This document shows positions 48,328 through 58,814 of a stretch of 64,000 bases of DNA, piece after piece. The stretch lies in IMG/VR virus record IMGVR_UViG_3300031963_012969. One strand, written 5' to 3'. Origin of the DNA: a virus. Below the pieces are notes generated by a model. The model was not told where the DNA came from and ran no database searches. It worked only from the letters and a program-made list of their open reading frames with translations. Each line of letters opens with the position of its first letter. Positions within the stretch are counted from its first letter, which is position 1. Both the position numbers and the translations under genes were made by a program.

Positions 48328-48738
48328 TTATACGCCTGAATCAAAAAAACCTTCCTCGAAAGATCTAAGTGATTTGTTTTTGAAAACTCCAGCAGTCCTG
48401 GAGAACTCTATTGCGGCAAGCATATTATTTTTAGCGGTATTTAATTTATGGTCGTGTTTTTCTTGATCAGTTGCATCGTCAGGTAGTACATGCTGGAATG
48501 GAAAGGTACCACTATATTTATTGTCTACTATGACCGTAAGCGCAGCAAAAGATATTTTTCCACTGAGAATCTCTCTGGCAATGACCGGAGAAATTGATGC
48601 GGCAATTCTTGCTGCAATTTTTGCTTGGTCTCCTATTTGCTGTTGTTCTATTTCAGAGGGTTGAGGTTGTTTGTTTTCATTGACTTGATCCATGTTATTA
48701 TTTTCCTGTGTGATATTTTTTGTTTTTGTTGTGCTCAT
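48328..48738 (-). CDS. Hypothetical protein
   Basis: 136-aa ORF. Confidence 0.7.
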   Translation of the reverse strand: MSTTKTKNITQENNNMDQVNENKQPQPSEIEQQQIGDQAKIAARIAASISPVIAREILSGKISFAALTVIVDNKYSGTFPFQHVLPDDATDQEKHDHKLNTAKNNMLAAIEFSRTAGVFKNKSLRSFEEGFFDSGV

Positions 48739-49153
48739 ATGTTTTTGAAAAAATTTTAGAACATTTAGATAAAAAATTAAATTTTAGGTCCTCCATGTCA
48801 TCTTCTTTTTCTAAATCTATTTCACTTAAAAAATGTACAACCGCTTCTCTAACTGAGGTATCAAATGGAGTATAAATTACATCTTGATTGACTATACTTT
48901 TTTCTACCCTAGAAGATTCATCAAGTGCAATAAATAAATCTTTTAATGTATTTTTATTTTCTTCAGTAGACTCCTCACCAATAATTTGAGCGCACTCAGT
49001 AAGCACAAAATCTCCTGAAACTGGGCATCGTATAGTAACCTTTTTCATAGACATATCATCGAAAGAGTAAATATAGGTATCAAACTCAACGTTCGCACCT
49101 TTCTCAGTTACATCAGTGACATAACTACACTCTATCAATGATTTTATATCCAT
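48698..49153 (-). CDS. Hypothetical protein
   Basis: 151-aa ORF. Confidence 0.7.
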   Translation of the reverse strand: MDIKSLIECSYVTDVTEKGANVEFDTYIYSFDDMSMKKVTIRCPVSGDFVLTECAQIIGEESTEENKNTLKDLFIALDESSRVEKSIVNQDVIYTPFDTSVREAVVHFLSEIDLEKEDDMEDLKFNFLSKCSKIFSKTYEHNKNKKYHTGK

Positions 49154-49494
49154 TACTGTTTATTTTCTTTGTCCTTTAAGTTTTTAACTGAGATGCCACT
49201 AGCGGTAACCCACAGGGAAAAACATAATGATATATACGATATAATGTTATTATAGGTAAAGCACGTAAACAGAAATAAACCGGCTAAAAATAGTCCTGCC
49301 CAGTAAGACAAGCAATACGGACAATTAATTAAATATTCTAATTTTGACCCACCGTATTTTACCTCGATGTACCCCCTCATGTAACTAAATATATCGGACT
49401 CTTGTATTAAATATACAATAGCCAATATAAAATATTTAGCAAAATACGCAAACACCAAGAATAAAAATAAACTCTCTATAAAACTAATTTTCAT
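49153..49494 (-). CDS. Membrane protein, DUF1360-like
   Basis: Transmembrane segments with LINCPYCLSYW. Confidence 0.6.
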   Translation of the reverse strand: MKISFIESLFLFLVFAYFAKYFILAIVYLIQESDIFSYMRGYIEVKYGGSKLEYLINCPYCLSYWAGLFLAGLFLFTCFTYNNIISYISLCFSLWVTASGISVKNLKDKENKQ

Positions 49495-49499
49495 AAAAA

Positions 49500-49757
49500 T
49501 TATATAAACTTAAGGAATGAAATAGCAGAAAGACCAAAAAGATATATAGCAATACATGCTGCTGTTTTTGCGGTTTCTCCTCCCAACACAAACACGTCAG
49601 AAAAGAATCTAGATATGCTCCACCCAGCAAGAAGCCATAAAAAGAAGGCAATAGGGGTAAATATTTTACCCATAATAAGTCCGCAAATGACTACGTATGA
49701 AACAAAATAAAGCCCAATAAATTGTGAATTACTTTTTGATACTTGTACTTTTAACAT
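49500..49757 (-). CDS. Small membrane protein
   Basis: Three hydrophobic segments. Confidence 0.65.
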   Translation of the reverse strand: MLKVQVSKSNSQFIGLYFVSYVVICGLIMGKIFTPIAFFLWLLAGWSISRFFSDVFVLGGETAKTAACIAIYLFGLSAISFLKFI

Positions 49758-50175
49758 TTTTAATAGTTTAACAGAATTAATTCGTTTTCTTCTTTTATCT
49801 TTTGTATAGCTTTATCTTTTTCAATCTTTTTTGTGATCACGCAAATGAATAAAGATAAAATAGAGCCCCCCAACAAGAATATGGGCTCCATCATATTACT
49901 GAGCCTTTGTGCAGATGGGGCATTAAATCAATTTCAATATTTTTACCGCTTAACGTTATTTTTAACTTACTCAATAACAAGCTACTTAGAACTAGGCATG
50001 TTATTGACAGAATTAAATTAGTTGTTGTTGTCATTTTTTGTTTTGTGTTGTTTTATTACTTTTTCTTCAATGGTCTGCAATTTTTCAAAAACCATAGATT
50101 TAGATGGCTGAAATTTTGAGACGCTAGAGCCTTGTAGCTCTTTTTCCATGTATTTTTTGGGGTTCCTGGATTTCA

Positions 50176-50571
50176 TTATATCTCGTCTTCTCCTTCTTCT
50201 CCTTCTTCAGTTACTATGTTGACCCCTTCAACTGAGGAGACGGAAACCTCTTCAGACTTTTTTCTCTTTTTTTCTTCGATGTCGTCCAAGTAGTTTGTAT
50301 CTTCAGGGGGGGAGTCACCAAATCTTTCGTGTGCCCAAGCCCTAGTATTATCAATTTTATCGCAGAAGAAGTGAGTTCCCTCGTCGTCTACGATAATCAT
50401 TTTTCTAGGTTTATAGGTTAGTTCCGCCCCCTTAAGACTTGTCAGCATATCTTCTGATACACCTTCGCTTAATAGATATTCCACTCTGTCAGGGGCAATA
50501 ATTTCATTAGTTATACAGCAATAAAATTTTTTGCTTCTAGAGTATTTTTTAAGTTCTTTTTTATTTAACAT
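50176..50571 (-). CDS. Hypothetical protein, weak TraR/DksA-like N-terminus
   Basis: YCCITNEIIAPDRVEYL resembles C..C...I...RL; acidic tail. Confidence 0.5.
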   Translation of the reverse strand: MLNKKELKKYSRSKKFYCCITNEIIAPDRVEYLLSEGVSEDMLTSLKGAELTYKPRKMIIVDDEGTHFFCDKIDNTRAWAHERFGDSPPEDTNYLDDIEEKKRKKSEEVSVSSVEGVNIVTEEGEEGEDEI

Positions 50572-50814
50572 TACTTTCTTTATTGCCCTGACTTAAAATA
50601 TCTATTAGTTACACTAGAAAAATATCTTTCCTTTATATTTATCCGGCCTACTATATAAATCGTAATATGTTGGAGCTCTTAATTCTTGTTTAACTCTTTC
50701 ACGATTTATTGCAAGTATTATTTTTTCCCCAAGGTTTTCGACCTGGCGGTAGAATATTTTAATTGCTTGATTGTACATATATATTAATATCCATTTCAAT
50801 ATTTATTATTATTA

Positions 50815-52530
50815 ATGATCGATACAACAACTTCCGTCTCCAAAGAGGAGCTTCAGCAATTGTATTCAAAATTGGCACCAAGACTAGACTTAGTAAACAT
50901 GGTGCCTTCTTCTATTAGCTTTCAGGGAAAGCCTCTAGACATCCTACACAGAAGACCAATGTTTTCTCCAATGTTTAGGAAAACACGAAGAGCCTTGAAG
51001 GATGTTTACATGTGCGGCAGACAGATCGGCAAAACCGTATCTATAAGCAGTTCTATTTTAATGCACTGTTGGTGGAGAGAGTTTTTTAGACTTCTATATG
51101 TTGCCCCTATGTCTATCTATACACAGAGATTGCATAGTATGTTTATGCAACCAATGATACATGGAAAATTATTACCATGGGCTGTTTCAGACAGTAGCTG
51201 CATGAACAATGTGCACGAAAAAAGTTTTATGACTGGTAGTAGATATGTTGGAATCTCCTGCTTTAACAATGCCCAAAACGCACTTGGCTTAAGCGTGGAC
51301 TGGGTAATGTTTGATGAAACCCAAGATTTAAACTCGGATTTTATACCTCAAATTCGAGAAGTAGTTGGTACCTCTGAATATAGATATGAAAGTTATTTTG
51401 GAACTGCTCGCGGCGTAGACAATACTCTTACCACCTTATTTGATTCATCTACCCAGAATACATGGTTTATGAAATGCCAGCACTGCAAGCATGAAAATAC
51501 TCCAACATTAGCTGGCAATGTATTAGACATGATACAGATAAATGGTATAAGTTGTGTTAAATGTAAAAAATTACTGGATGTAGAGATGGGGGAATGGAGA
51601 CCATTATTTCAATACGATCCGATTAAAAGGGATAAAGAAGGTTACCATATTCCACAAATAATAATAAAAGATAGAATTACTCCACACTCTAGATATATAG
51701 ATACGGTATACAATAAGTTACATGGATCGTCCGCTTATTCAGAGGCACGATTCCTTCAGGAAATATTGGGTATACCAACTTCTCAAGGTGGTGTACCAAT
51801 TACACAACAAGACATTATTGAGGCAAGCACATTGCCAATTGAGAAAGACACTATATGGAATACACAACAGTATCAAAGAGTGACTGGTGGAGTTGACTGG
51901 GGCGGTGCTGAAGTAGTCAGCTTTACTGTTGGAACAGCAGTCGGATACAGAAATGGAGTATTTGACTGTTTTGCCGCAATTAGGCCAACAGGTATTCCTG
52001 ACGAGCAACGACACTATATCGTTGGAGAATACCTGACTAGAGCAACTGGAAGCAGGATTGACTTAGTGGGGGCTGATGCAGGCTTTGTAGGAAGTGTGCA
52101 AAATCCTAACCTTAGTCAACACATGAATACCCCCGTTGCATCCATCGCTTACGGCACAACAAAAAGATTTTTCATACCGCAAACAAATAACTGCTTTACG
52201 GTTGATAGGACAACAATAATATATATTGTATTTTCTTTAATAAAATCTAAGAGAATTAGGTTCCCTAGTGGAAGCTGGTTTGAGCAATACACCAGAGATT
52301 TATTAGCCATCTTTACAGAAGATATCTCTAATACACATGGAATAACTGTCAGAAGGTACAGCAGATACAAAGATAGACCAGATGACTTTGTACATGCTCT
52401 GGGATATGCAATATTTACTGCTGCACTTGGAATAACTGATTTGCCTGCCATGGCTGGTATGCCATCAAATATGTCTGTCAATGCGCCCTACATCAGAGAC
52501 ATAGGAGAAGAGGTTGCACCATTTTATTGA
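50815..52530 (+). CDS. Terminase large subunit (lambda gpA-like)
   Basis: CGRQIGKT Walker A, MFDETQD Walker B, CQHC...CVKC zinc ribbon, GVDWGG and DDFVHA nuclease motifs. Confidence 0.88.
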   Translation: MIDTTTSVSKEELQQLYSKLAPRLDLVNMVPSSISFQGKPLDILHRRPMFSPMFRKTRRALKDVYMCGRQIGKTVSISSSILMHCWWREFFRLLYVAPMSIYTQRLHSMFMQPMIHGKLLPWAVSDSSCMNNVHEKSFMTGSRYVGISCFNNAQNALGLSVDWVMFDETQDLNSDFIPQIREVVGTSEYRYESYFGTARGVDNTLTTLFDSSTQNTWFMKCQHCKHENTPTLAGNVLDMIQINGISCVKCKKLLDVEMGEWRPLFQYDPIKRDKEGYHIPQIIIKDRITPHSRYIDTVYNKLHGSSAYSEARFLQEILGIPTSQGGVPITQQDIIEASTLPIEKDTIWNTQQYQRVTGGVDWGGAEVVSFTVGTAVGYRNGVFDCFAAIRPTGIPDEQRHYIVGEYLTRATGSRIDLVGADAGFVGSVQNPNLSQHMNTPVASIAYGTTKRFFIPQTNNCFTVDRTTIIYIVFSLIKSKRIRFPSGSWFEQYTRDLLAIFTEDISNTHGITVRRYSRYKDRPDDFVHALGYAIFTAALGITDLPAMAGMPSNMSVNAPYIRDIGEEVAPFY

Positions 52531-52718
52531 AGAATTTCGGATGATTTATCAAGAAATCTGATCAACGGATGCAAGGCCCTCTTCCCCTTATGAACGGTGT
52601 GTATATGGACATTTTTGTTATTATGTATTAACTGTAATCCGTTTTTACATTTTCTTACCTTGAATCCCATTTTTTGGGAGTCTTGAATTAATCTCACTAC
52701 TTTATGTTCATCACTCAT
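52524..52718 (-). CDS. Small protein, possibly HicA-like fold
   Basis: GFKVRKCKNGLQLIH...HTVH pattern; weak. Confidence 0.4.
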   Translation of the reverse strand: MSDEHKVVRLIQDSQKMGFKVRKCKNGLQLIHNNKNVHIHTVHKGKRALHPLIRFLDKSSEILQ

Positions 52719-53052
52719 AATCAAATTTAGTCCAATCGAGGTCACCATGCATAGGCCACACAGTAACCCCCTCTTTTTTTGACCTTTCTATAATTTGTTC
52801 AAGTTCTCCACTGCAGTATAGACTTAATCCGTAATTTCCTGGATTGCATATGTACACAGACCCAGAAAACCCTTTAAATATCCAATTTTCTCCCACTTTT
52901 TCAGCGCTCTGTATTCCGCTGTTCATTTGCCAAGAATCGCTGCCTGTGTATCCCCCGTACCAGCAGCCAAAAACCTTATAAGTAGTTTTTATGTTTTCTC
53001 CATATATTTTAACTATAACCCATTTATGGGGGGTATACTCATTATTGCTCAT
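52711..53052 (-). CDS. Conserved hypothetical phage protein
   Basis: YTP.KWV...YKVF..W.GGY...DSW..NSGI...F.G.SGS.Y pattern typical of tailed phages. Confidence 0.75.
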   Translation of the reverse strand: MSNNEYTPHKWVIVKIYGENIKTTYKVFGCWYGGYTGSDSWQMNSGIQSAEKVGENWIFKGFSGSVYICNPGNYGLSLYCSGELEQIIERSKKEGVTVWPMHGDLDWTKFDYE

Positions 53053-53053
53053 T

Positions 53054-53341
53054 TTATTTTTTTATTAATTTATTGTAATCTTTATTAATTGTTTCTAGAT
53101 AATGTGAAAAATCTTCAAAATCATGATTCCGGCAAGAGTTTATGTATTCTTGAAGTATTTTAATTCCTTGGTGATTCATATTTAAGTTTTTATATAATCT
53201 TGAAAACTCTAAATTCATTAATTCATTTAATTTTATAAAAAACGACACCACTTCATATATAGCGTCTTCTGGGTGCCTGCCGTCAGTTGTCCGCACCATA
53301 TCTATACATCTTTTTTTAGTTCCCATATTCAAGTATTCCAT
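53054..53341 (-). CDS. Hypothetical protein
   Basis: 95-aa ORF. Confidence 0.6.
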   Translation of the reverse strand: MEYLNMGTKKRCIDMVRTTDGRHPEDAIYEVVSFFIKLNELMNLEFSRLYKNLNMNHQGIKILQEYINSCRNHDFEDFSHYLETINKDYNKLIKK

Positions 53342-53558
53342 GTTCGCATAATAAATTATTTAATCGTATGTTGGACACTTCCAAATCTCGTATGCGACTA
53401 GACTGATCAGTTACTTTAATTTTAAGGGTTTCAATTTCTTTTTTTAGTGACTCATTTTCTGTTTCCAGCTCAGCGGCAAAACTAGATGGTACTGTGGCGC
53501 ATGAGTAAAAACCTATATGTGGAGTTGAAACTTTATCTGTCCTTGGATGAGTACTCAT
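53316..53558 (-). CDS. Hypothetical coiled-coil protein
   Basis: 80-aa ORF. Confidence 0.6.
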   Translation of the reverse strand: MSTHPRTDKVSTPHIGFYSCATVPSSFAAELETENESLKKEIETLKIKVTDQSSRIRDLEVSNIRLNNLLCEHGILEYGN

Positions 53559-53560
53559 CT

Positions 53561-53869
53561 TTATTTTACTTTGTTTTTCTTTATATATTCCTGAATCTTA
53601 TCGGAAGTAGATACAAAATGTTTTTTACACTCTTTTTCTGCTTCCTCTATAGTTTTTACTGGTTTTTTTATTATAGTAACTGGCTCAGCGAACCTAACTA
53701 GCTCAACCCAGGCAGTATATCCATTTTTTTTAAACCCTTCTTCTATTCCATAAGTCCATCCTAGTTCTTTTATGTGACACTCTAACCAACTAAAAGATCT
53801 GTCATCGCCAAATCTTTTCTTCCACTTAAACATGAATTTATTGTTTTTTGGTTTTTGTTTATTTTCCAT
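53561..53869 (-). CDS. Hypothetical protein
   Basis: 102-aa ORF. Confidence 0.65.
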   Translation of the reverse strand: MENKQKPKNNKFMFKWKKRFGDDRSFSWLECHIKELGWTYGIEEGFKKNGYTAWVELVRFAEPVTIIKKPVKTIEEAEKECKKHFVSTSDKIQEYIKKNKVK

Positions 53870-53871
53870 TT

Positions 53872-54213
53872 TTATAGTTCTTCTGTTAATTTTTGCGGTC
53901 TTCTCATCCAGGTCTTTGGTTGTATATTTTCAAACCAGTCCTGAATACTTGGTATACGTCCCAAGTCTTCTGCTACATGTTGTTCGGCAACCCACCTAGT
54001 CGGTATGATCTTTCCGGTAGATAGTGTTATTGTTGTGCCAAATTGTCTTTCACATTGATATATGCCTTCGGAGTGATGCCTTAAAGCTCTGTGCCTGAAA
54101 TCAGCAAACATTTCTTTGCTTTGGTCAAACCAGTTATGTATTTCTATATAATCGTCTACGCATCCACCCCACTTTTTCACAGAAGACATGCTGTGATGGT
54201 ATGGGTGACTCAT
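53872..54213 (-). CDS. DUF6915-like protein
   Basis: MSHPYHH..SS.KKWGG...IH.WFD.SK...D.RHRALRHH..GI...EQHV.EDL. Confidence 0.7.
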   Translation of the reverse strand: MSHPYHHSMSSVKKWGGCVDDYIEIHNWFDQSKEMFADFRHRALRHHSEGIYQCERQFGTTITLSTGKIIPTRWVAEQHVAEDLGRIPSIQDWFENIQPKTWMRRPQKLTEEL

Positions 54214-54674
54214 TAGAGGGTGCTTGTCTCGTGCTCTTCCACCATCATGCAGTGATTCCAATTTATTTTATTTTCTGCAACCTTAAATTCAAAATCTCCG
54301 TTAGATCCTGCATCTATTTCCCATCCTGGGTGTTTTAACTCTAGTACTTGGTATAAATAAGTTTCAACTGCTTCATATATCTCAAATTCTTTTTCGATTT
54401 GCTGTGTCTCGTATTGATTAGACACCCAAATGTTTTCTACAAGGTTTATGGATATGCTAGGAATTTTACCACATATCTTTTTCCAATCAGATACTTGATC
54501 ACATTTTCCTGTTTTTTTATTTTTGACCCAAAAAGTTATATCATTAATTGATCCACTATCACCGTATCCAGAATAAGACGCATTTACTTCTTCCACATTT
54601 AATGCAGACAATGCAGAAAAAATATTTTTCTTATTTTCGTTTATTTTTTGTTGGTTAATTTCTTGAATGTTCAT
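54213..54674 (-). CDS. DUF6878-like protein
   Basis: YSGYGDSGSI...HPGWEID.GS.G; coupled to the DUF6915-like gene. Confidence 0.65.
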   Translation of the reverse strand: MNIQEINQQKINENKKNIFSALSALNVEEVNASYSGYGDSGSINDITFWVKNKKTGKCDQVSDWKKICGKIPSISINLVENIWVSNQYETQQIEKEFEIYEAVETYLYQVLELKHPGWEIDAGSNGDFEFKVAENKINWNHCMMVEEHETSTL

Positions 54675-54676
54675 TT

Positions 54677-54991
54677 TTATTTGATTGTTTTGTTCAACTC
54701 TTGTTCTATTTTTTTCTGCTCTGCGAAGAATTCTTGCATTGCTTGTTCGTGTTCAGTATCAGGAGAGTCTTCCCAGTTTTCTCTTATTCTTTCTATAAAA
54801 TATGATACCGACTCTTCATCAAGAGTATAAGCAGGACCAAATGATCCAACATCAGATATCATCCAGTCTGTAAACTTGAGATCTGATCCATCTGGCCAAA
54901 CTGTTACAACATATTTTACTTTTGATTCTGGGTTTATAGGATCTTCTTTTATCATAAAAACCCTTGAGGATTCATCGTCCCATATAGTCAT
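54677..54991 (-). CDS. Hypothetical protein
   Basis: 104-aa ORF. Confidence 0.65.
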   Translation of the reverse strand: MTIWDDESSRVFMIKEDPINPESKVKYVVTVWPDGSDLKFTDWMISDVGSFGPAYTLDEESVSYFIERIRENWEDSPDTEHEQAMQEFFAEQKKIEQELNKTIK

Positions 54992-55230
54992 ATTTTTGAA
55001 ATTTTAATGTTTTTTTAATTTTTATTAATTAAATATAATTAGGAACCACATGTTTCCAGTGTTTACGTATACTTTCAATTATTTGATCTTTTATTTCCTG
55101 TTCAACCTCAGCTTCGGTATATCGTTCCACTATTTTGTATTCATTGAATTTGTTTTCAGATCCATCTAGATATAAAGTCACTGTATATGGCTTTCCATTT
55201 TTTGCGAAATAAATTTCGTGTTTTTCCATT

Positions 55231-56427
55231 TTATTTGTGTTTTTGTGTAATTTGTTGATACATTTCTTCAAGTAATGTATTTTTTTGATAACCAATTAAA
55301 TTAAGCATATCTACGGATAAAGATTGCCTCCAGAATGGAGCTAAAACTAATTCGTGTACACTTCTATCTAGTGTATATTCGTATCCCCAATCTTTTATCC
55401 AATTTAAATCTATGCAAATATCATTTTTTTCGGCACCTAACACGGTTTTCTCGAAAGATGTTCTTATCCTTTTTATTGCCTCTTCAGCAGTATCAGCTTT
55501 TGATTTAACAAATTTTACGTCTCTTGAGTAAGTATTTCTCTTGTAAACACCGGCTGAAAATTTTCCTGTATCCATGCATTCATTTACTGAATAAGTTAAA
55601 TTATCTTGCCCGACCTGTATAACTGCTGCAAGTCTTAGTATACTTGATGGAGAAAAGTCAATTGATGGCCAATAAAATGGTTGCCAAATATTTGATGTAT
55701 TTGAAATATTAATAATTGGTTTACTGTCATAAGTATAAGCACCGTTTTTTGTAAACTCTCTTTGAAAAAATAAATCTGGGCGTCCATACACCGAGTGATT
55801 TATGGATACAATATAATTGTCGTGCTCAGTTTTTTTCTTGTCTATCCCAAGTGTTGTTTTTCTTAAAAAGTTTTCTTCACTATTTTGGCTACCTAAAGTC
55901 TCCTCTTTACTGCCTCCAATCCCCATAGCCCCTGTGTATGCTAGTATAGTGCGATTTACATTTAAGCTTTCTTCACCCATTTTTACGAATAGGTGGCAAA
56001 GCCTATTTAGAGTAGTTAATGAATTTAACTTAAGTAATTTAATAAATCTATCTGAATAATAATTTGATTGATTGATTTCCTCTCCAAAATCATCAAACTG
56101 GTTTAGAAATGCACGAGCTACTGATATAGTCTTTTCAGTATCGGAGCCAGGGAGGCCTTTTTGCTTAGCTATTTCAAAGGCTGTCTGCTTGATGCTATGT
56201 TGTCCTGTATTTATTAGATTAAAAAAACTTTCGCACGCAAAAATACTCTTAAGAATAGAGCAACTACATGCCACGTCAGACAGGTCCCCCGCCCATCCAC
56301 AATTAGTTAAGCATATAGCATGGAATTGATTTGTCATAACATCATCACTTCCACACTTAGGGCATTTTGGGGGTTTTATTTCATTAATTAGTTCATCGAA
56401 ATATGTCTCGTCTTTGTCGTTTTCCAT
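55231..56427 (-). CDS. Hypothetical protein with an N-terminal zinc ribbon
   Basis: CPKCGS...C.TNCGW. Confidence 0.75.
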   Translation of the reverse strand: MENDKDETYFDELINEIKPPKCPKCGSDDVMTNQFHAICLTNCGWAGDLSDVACSCSILKSIFACESFFNLINTGQHSIKQTAFEIAKQKGLPGSDTEKTISVARAFLNQFDDFGEEINQSNYYSDRFIKLLKLNSLTTLNRLCHLFVKMGEESLNVNRTILAYTGAMGIGGSKEETLGSQNSEENFLRKTTLGIDKKKTEHDNYIVSINHSVYGRPDLFFQREFTKNGAYTYDSKPIINISNTSNIWQPFYWPSIDFSPSSILRLAAVIQVGQDNLTYSVNECMDTGKFSAGVYKRNTYSRDVKFVKSKADTAEEAIKRIRTSFEKTVLGAEKNDICIDLNWIKDWGYEYTLDRSVHELVLAPFWRQSLSVDMLNLIGYQKNTLLEEMYQQITQKHK

Positions 56428-58814
56428 ATATTGTTTTTGCTGTTTATTTTGTCTTGTATTGGATTTGGAAATTCCACTCTCATGAACACTCTCCTATCCT
56501 TGAGGTCAATTAATGGATAAGTTACTTTGTTGCGATTAATCTTAAGCAATTTAATTATTTCTGATTTTTTAAAGTCATAACCCATTTCACTTAACTCGCT
56601 AAATATTTTTATATATATATTTGTTCCATGGTCATCTGTTTCAATAAACTTAGATAAATTAACGTCTTCTGTTACATACCATGCAAAAGATTCTAAGCAC
56701 TGATTAGTATTATATATTTTTGCTAATGCTTTTCTTAGGTTATAAATTTGATCAGCTGTACTTAAAAAGTTTTCAATGTTTTTGATATAATTTGAATTTA
56801 AGTTATCTACACAAAACTTAAATATAAACAACAACATAGGCTCTGTAATATTCAATATTTGCGGGGGCGTATCTGTTTTTAATGCTATAACTTTTTTTGT
56901 GTATTTTTGGTCATTGTCTATCAATGAAATTGTGCAACAATTTTTATTTAAATTTTTGGGGTTCAATATTTTTTCTATTATTTGAGGCATTTTACTTTTA
57001 ACTAAACTATTTACAGTGCTTACTCCAAGCACCTCGGATATACCTCTAACTATGTTTCTATTTGACACAATGTGAGATACATCATTTTTTATTAAAGAAT
57101 AAATAAATTGTAAAGACGCAACAAATACTTCAGACCCAAAGGTAGAAGAACACAATTCTTTTATTTGTTTTTTGCATAATTTATTGTATTCTTTTGTGTT
57201 ATTTAAATTTATTGGGTTTCTTATATTTATATTTTTTTCACCTATCACATTATTGCATACGCTTAAACCAGTTTTATCGCACTTAAATGTTTCTGTTACA
57301 AGGGTTTCATTGCTTATTCCATATGTCTCTTTCTTTATCGTGTTTATTTTTGAGGAGTTTAAGCCTCTTATAATATATGGAGAAGCCTGCATAACTAATT
57401 TATTTGAATTTATATAAGCTTGTTCCAACGAGTTTTTAACACAAACAAAATTAATTATTTTAAACAATTTTTTGCTTTGGAAGAAATCAGAGTGTTGGAT
57501 AAAAAAACGTGCTTCTTTGTCTCCGATAAATAGAGTGCAGTCATATTCTATATTTCCTTCTTCAGAGCAAAGCGCCGCATTTATATTTATCCAAAAATTA
57601 CTGATCGGTTTCATTGACCAGTCTTGAAGCACTTCATTGTAGCAACTATTGTGTATCTTGAATTTTTTATTTGCTGCCGAAAAACTATTTATACTAGTCC
57701 CGAAAATAGCAATTGCTTCATTTATCTTCTTTTTTTCTGTATTCGTTTCAAGACAATAAAAATCAATTAGTTTATTCCTGAAATAATCTGAGCAATTATG
57801 CATTTTAAGTAGTTCACTGCAAAAACTTTTAATTTCATGCTTATTTGAAAGCTTAAGTTCGTAAACTATATCATGAACGATATCGACTGGATTTATCCTA
57901 CTTATTTCGTCATCAAAACTTTTTGTGATAGAAAAAAGACCAGAATCACTTTGGGTTAGCCTATATATATATACATCCGTTGATGCCTCACTTAAACAAG
58001 CAAATTTATAGCTTTTTTCATCGGCACCTAATACTACTTCTATTTTGGGTGGAATCTTACTAAAAAATGTTGCCACGCTTTCTGAGCCTAGCATCACGCC
58101 AACCGGAAACGATATTAGCCCCTGTGTATCAACCAATGATTTTGATATGCTAGATGCCAGAAAAGATGAATCAGTTAATATTATTTTATTAGTCCATTGA
58201 ACAAAGTCAGTCCATCTATCAGCTAATATAGATATTTTACCGCTTGGTATAGGAACTTTTACCTCTCCAATGTAAGATCCTAGTAGAGTGTAAATTAAAC
58301 ATTTGCTTGGTATACCATTTTCATCCCTAGTCATAAGTATACTATAGTCTAAAGATGTATTTAATTTACTTATCGACCTTCTAAAAAACAAAGAATTTAG
58401 CGTTTCACCAGAAATTTGTGACCAGTCACCATAACTCTTTACTCTCCTTTCATCTAGTTGCACTTTTTCTCTGTAATCGTGTCTACCTGATTCGAATTTA
58501 GACAAAAACTCTAAATACTTAATCCCCCTTTTAATCATGTAATTAGTTTCCCTTATGGAGAATCCACACTCTATTAATTTATCTATTACTTGTGTGTCAG
58601 CCATTCCAAGTATTTTTAGCATATATGACGCAGCACAATAAGATGCGCCGCAATTAAAACATCTAAAAATTGGTTCTGGACCATTTGTGAATATTTCTAG
58701 ACTTTCTTTGTTGTCTATTTTATTGTGGCATCCACATGCAGTAATTGGTACAATTGTACCTGATTGAAGAACCTTGCAAGTTGATAATAATTTTACTAAA
58801 TTAATAGATGACAT
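56388..58814 (-). CDS. Large hypothetical protein with a primase-like N-terminal zinc motif
   Basis: 808 aa; C.C.H...FRCFNCG. Confidence 0.75.
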   Translation of the reverse strand: MSSINLVKLLSTCKVLQSGTIVPITACGCHNKIDNKESLEIFTNGPEPIFRCFNCGASYCAASYMLKILGMADTQVIDKLIECGFSIRETNYMIKRGIKYLEFLSKFESGRHDYREKVQLDERRVKSYGDWSQISGETLNSLFFRRSISKLNTSLDYSILMTRDENGIPSKCLIYTLLGSYIGEVKVPIPSGKISILADRWTDFVQWTNKIILTDSSFLASSISKSLVDTQGLISFPVGVMLGSESVATFFSKIPPKIEVVLGADEKSYKFACLSEASTDVYIYRLTQSDSGLFSITKSFDDEISRINPVDIVHDIVYELKLSNKHEIKSFCSELLKMHNCSDYFRNKLIDFYCLETNTEKKKINEAIAIFGTSINSFSAANKKFKIHNSCYNEVLQDWSMKPISNFWININAALCSEEGNIEYDCTLFIGDKEARFFIQHSDFFQSKKLFKIINFVCVKNSLEQAYINSNKLVMQASPYIIRGLNSSKINTIKKETYGISNETLVTETFKCDKTGLSVCNNVIGEKNINIRNPINLNNTKEYNKLCKKQIKELCSSTFGSEVFVASLQFIYSLIKNDVSHIVSNRNIVRGISEVLGVSTVNSLVKSKMPQIIEKILNPKNLNKNCCTISLIDNDQKYTKKVIALKTDTPPQILNITEPMLLFIFKFCVDNLNSNYIKNIENFLSTADQIYNLRKALAKIYNTNQCLESFAWYVTEDVNLSKFIETDDHGTNIYIKIFSELSEMGYDFKKSEIIKLLKINRNKVTYPLIDLKDRRVFMRVEFPNPIQDKINSKNNIWKTTKTRHISMN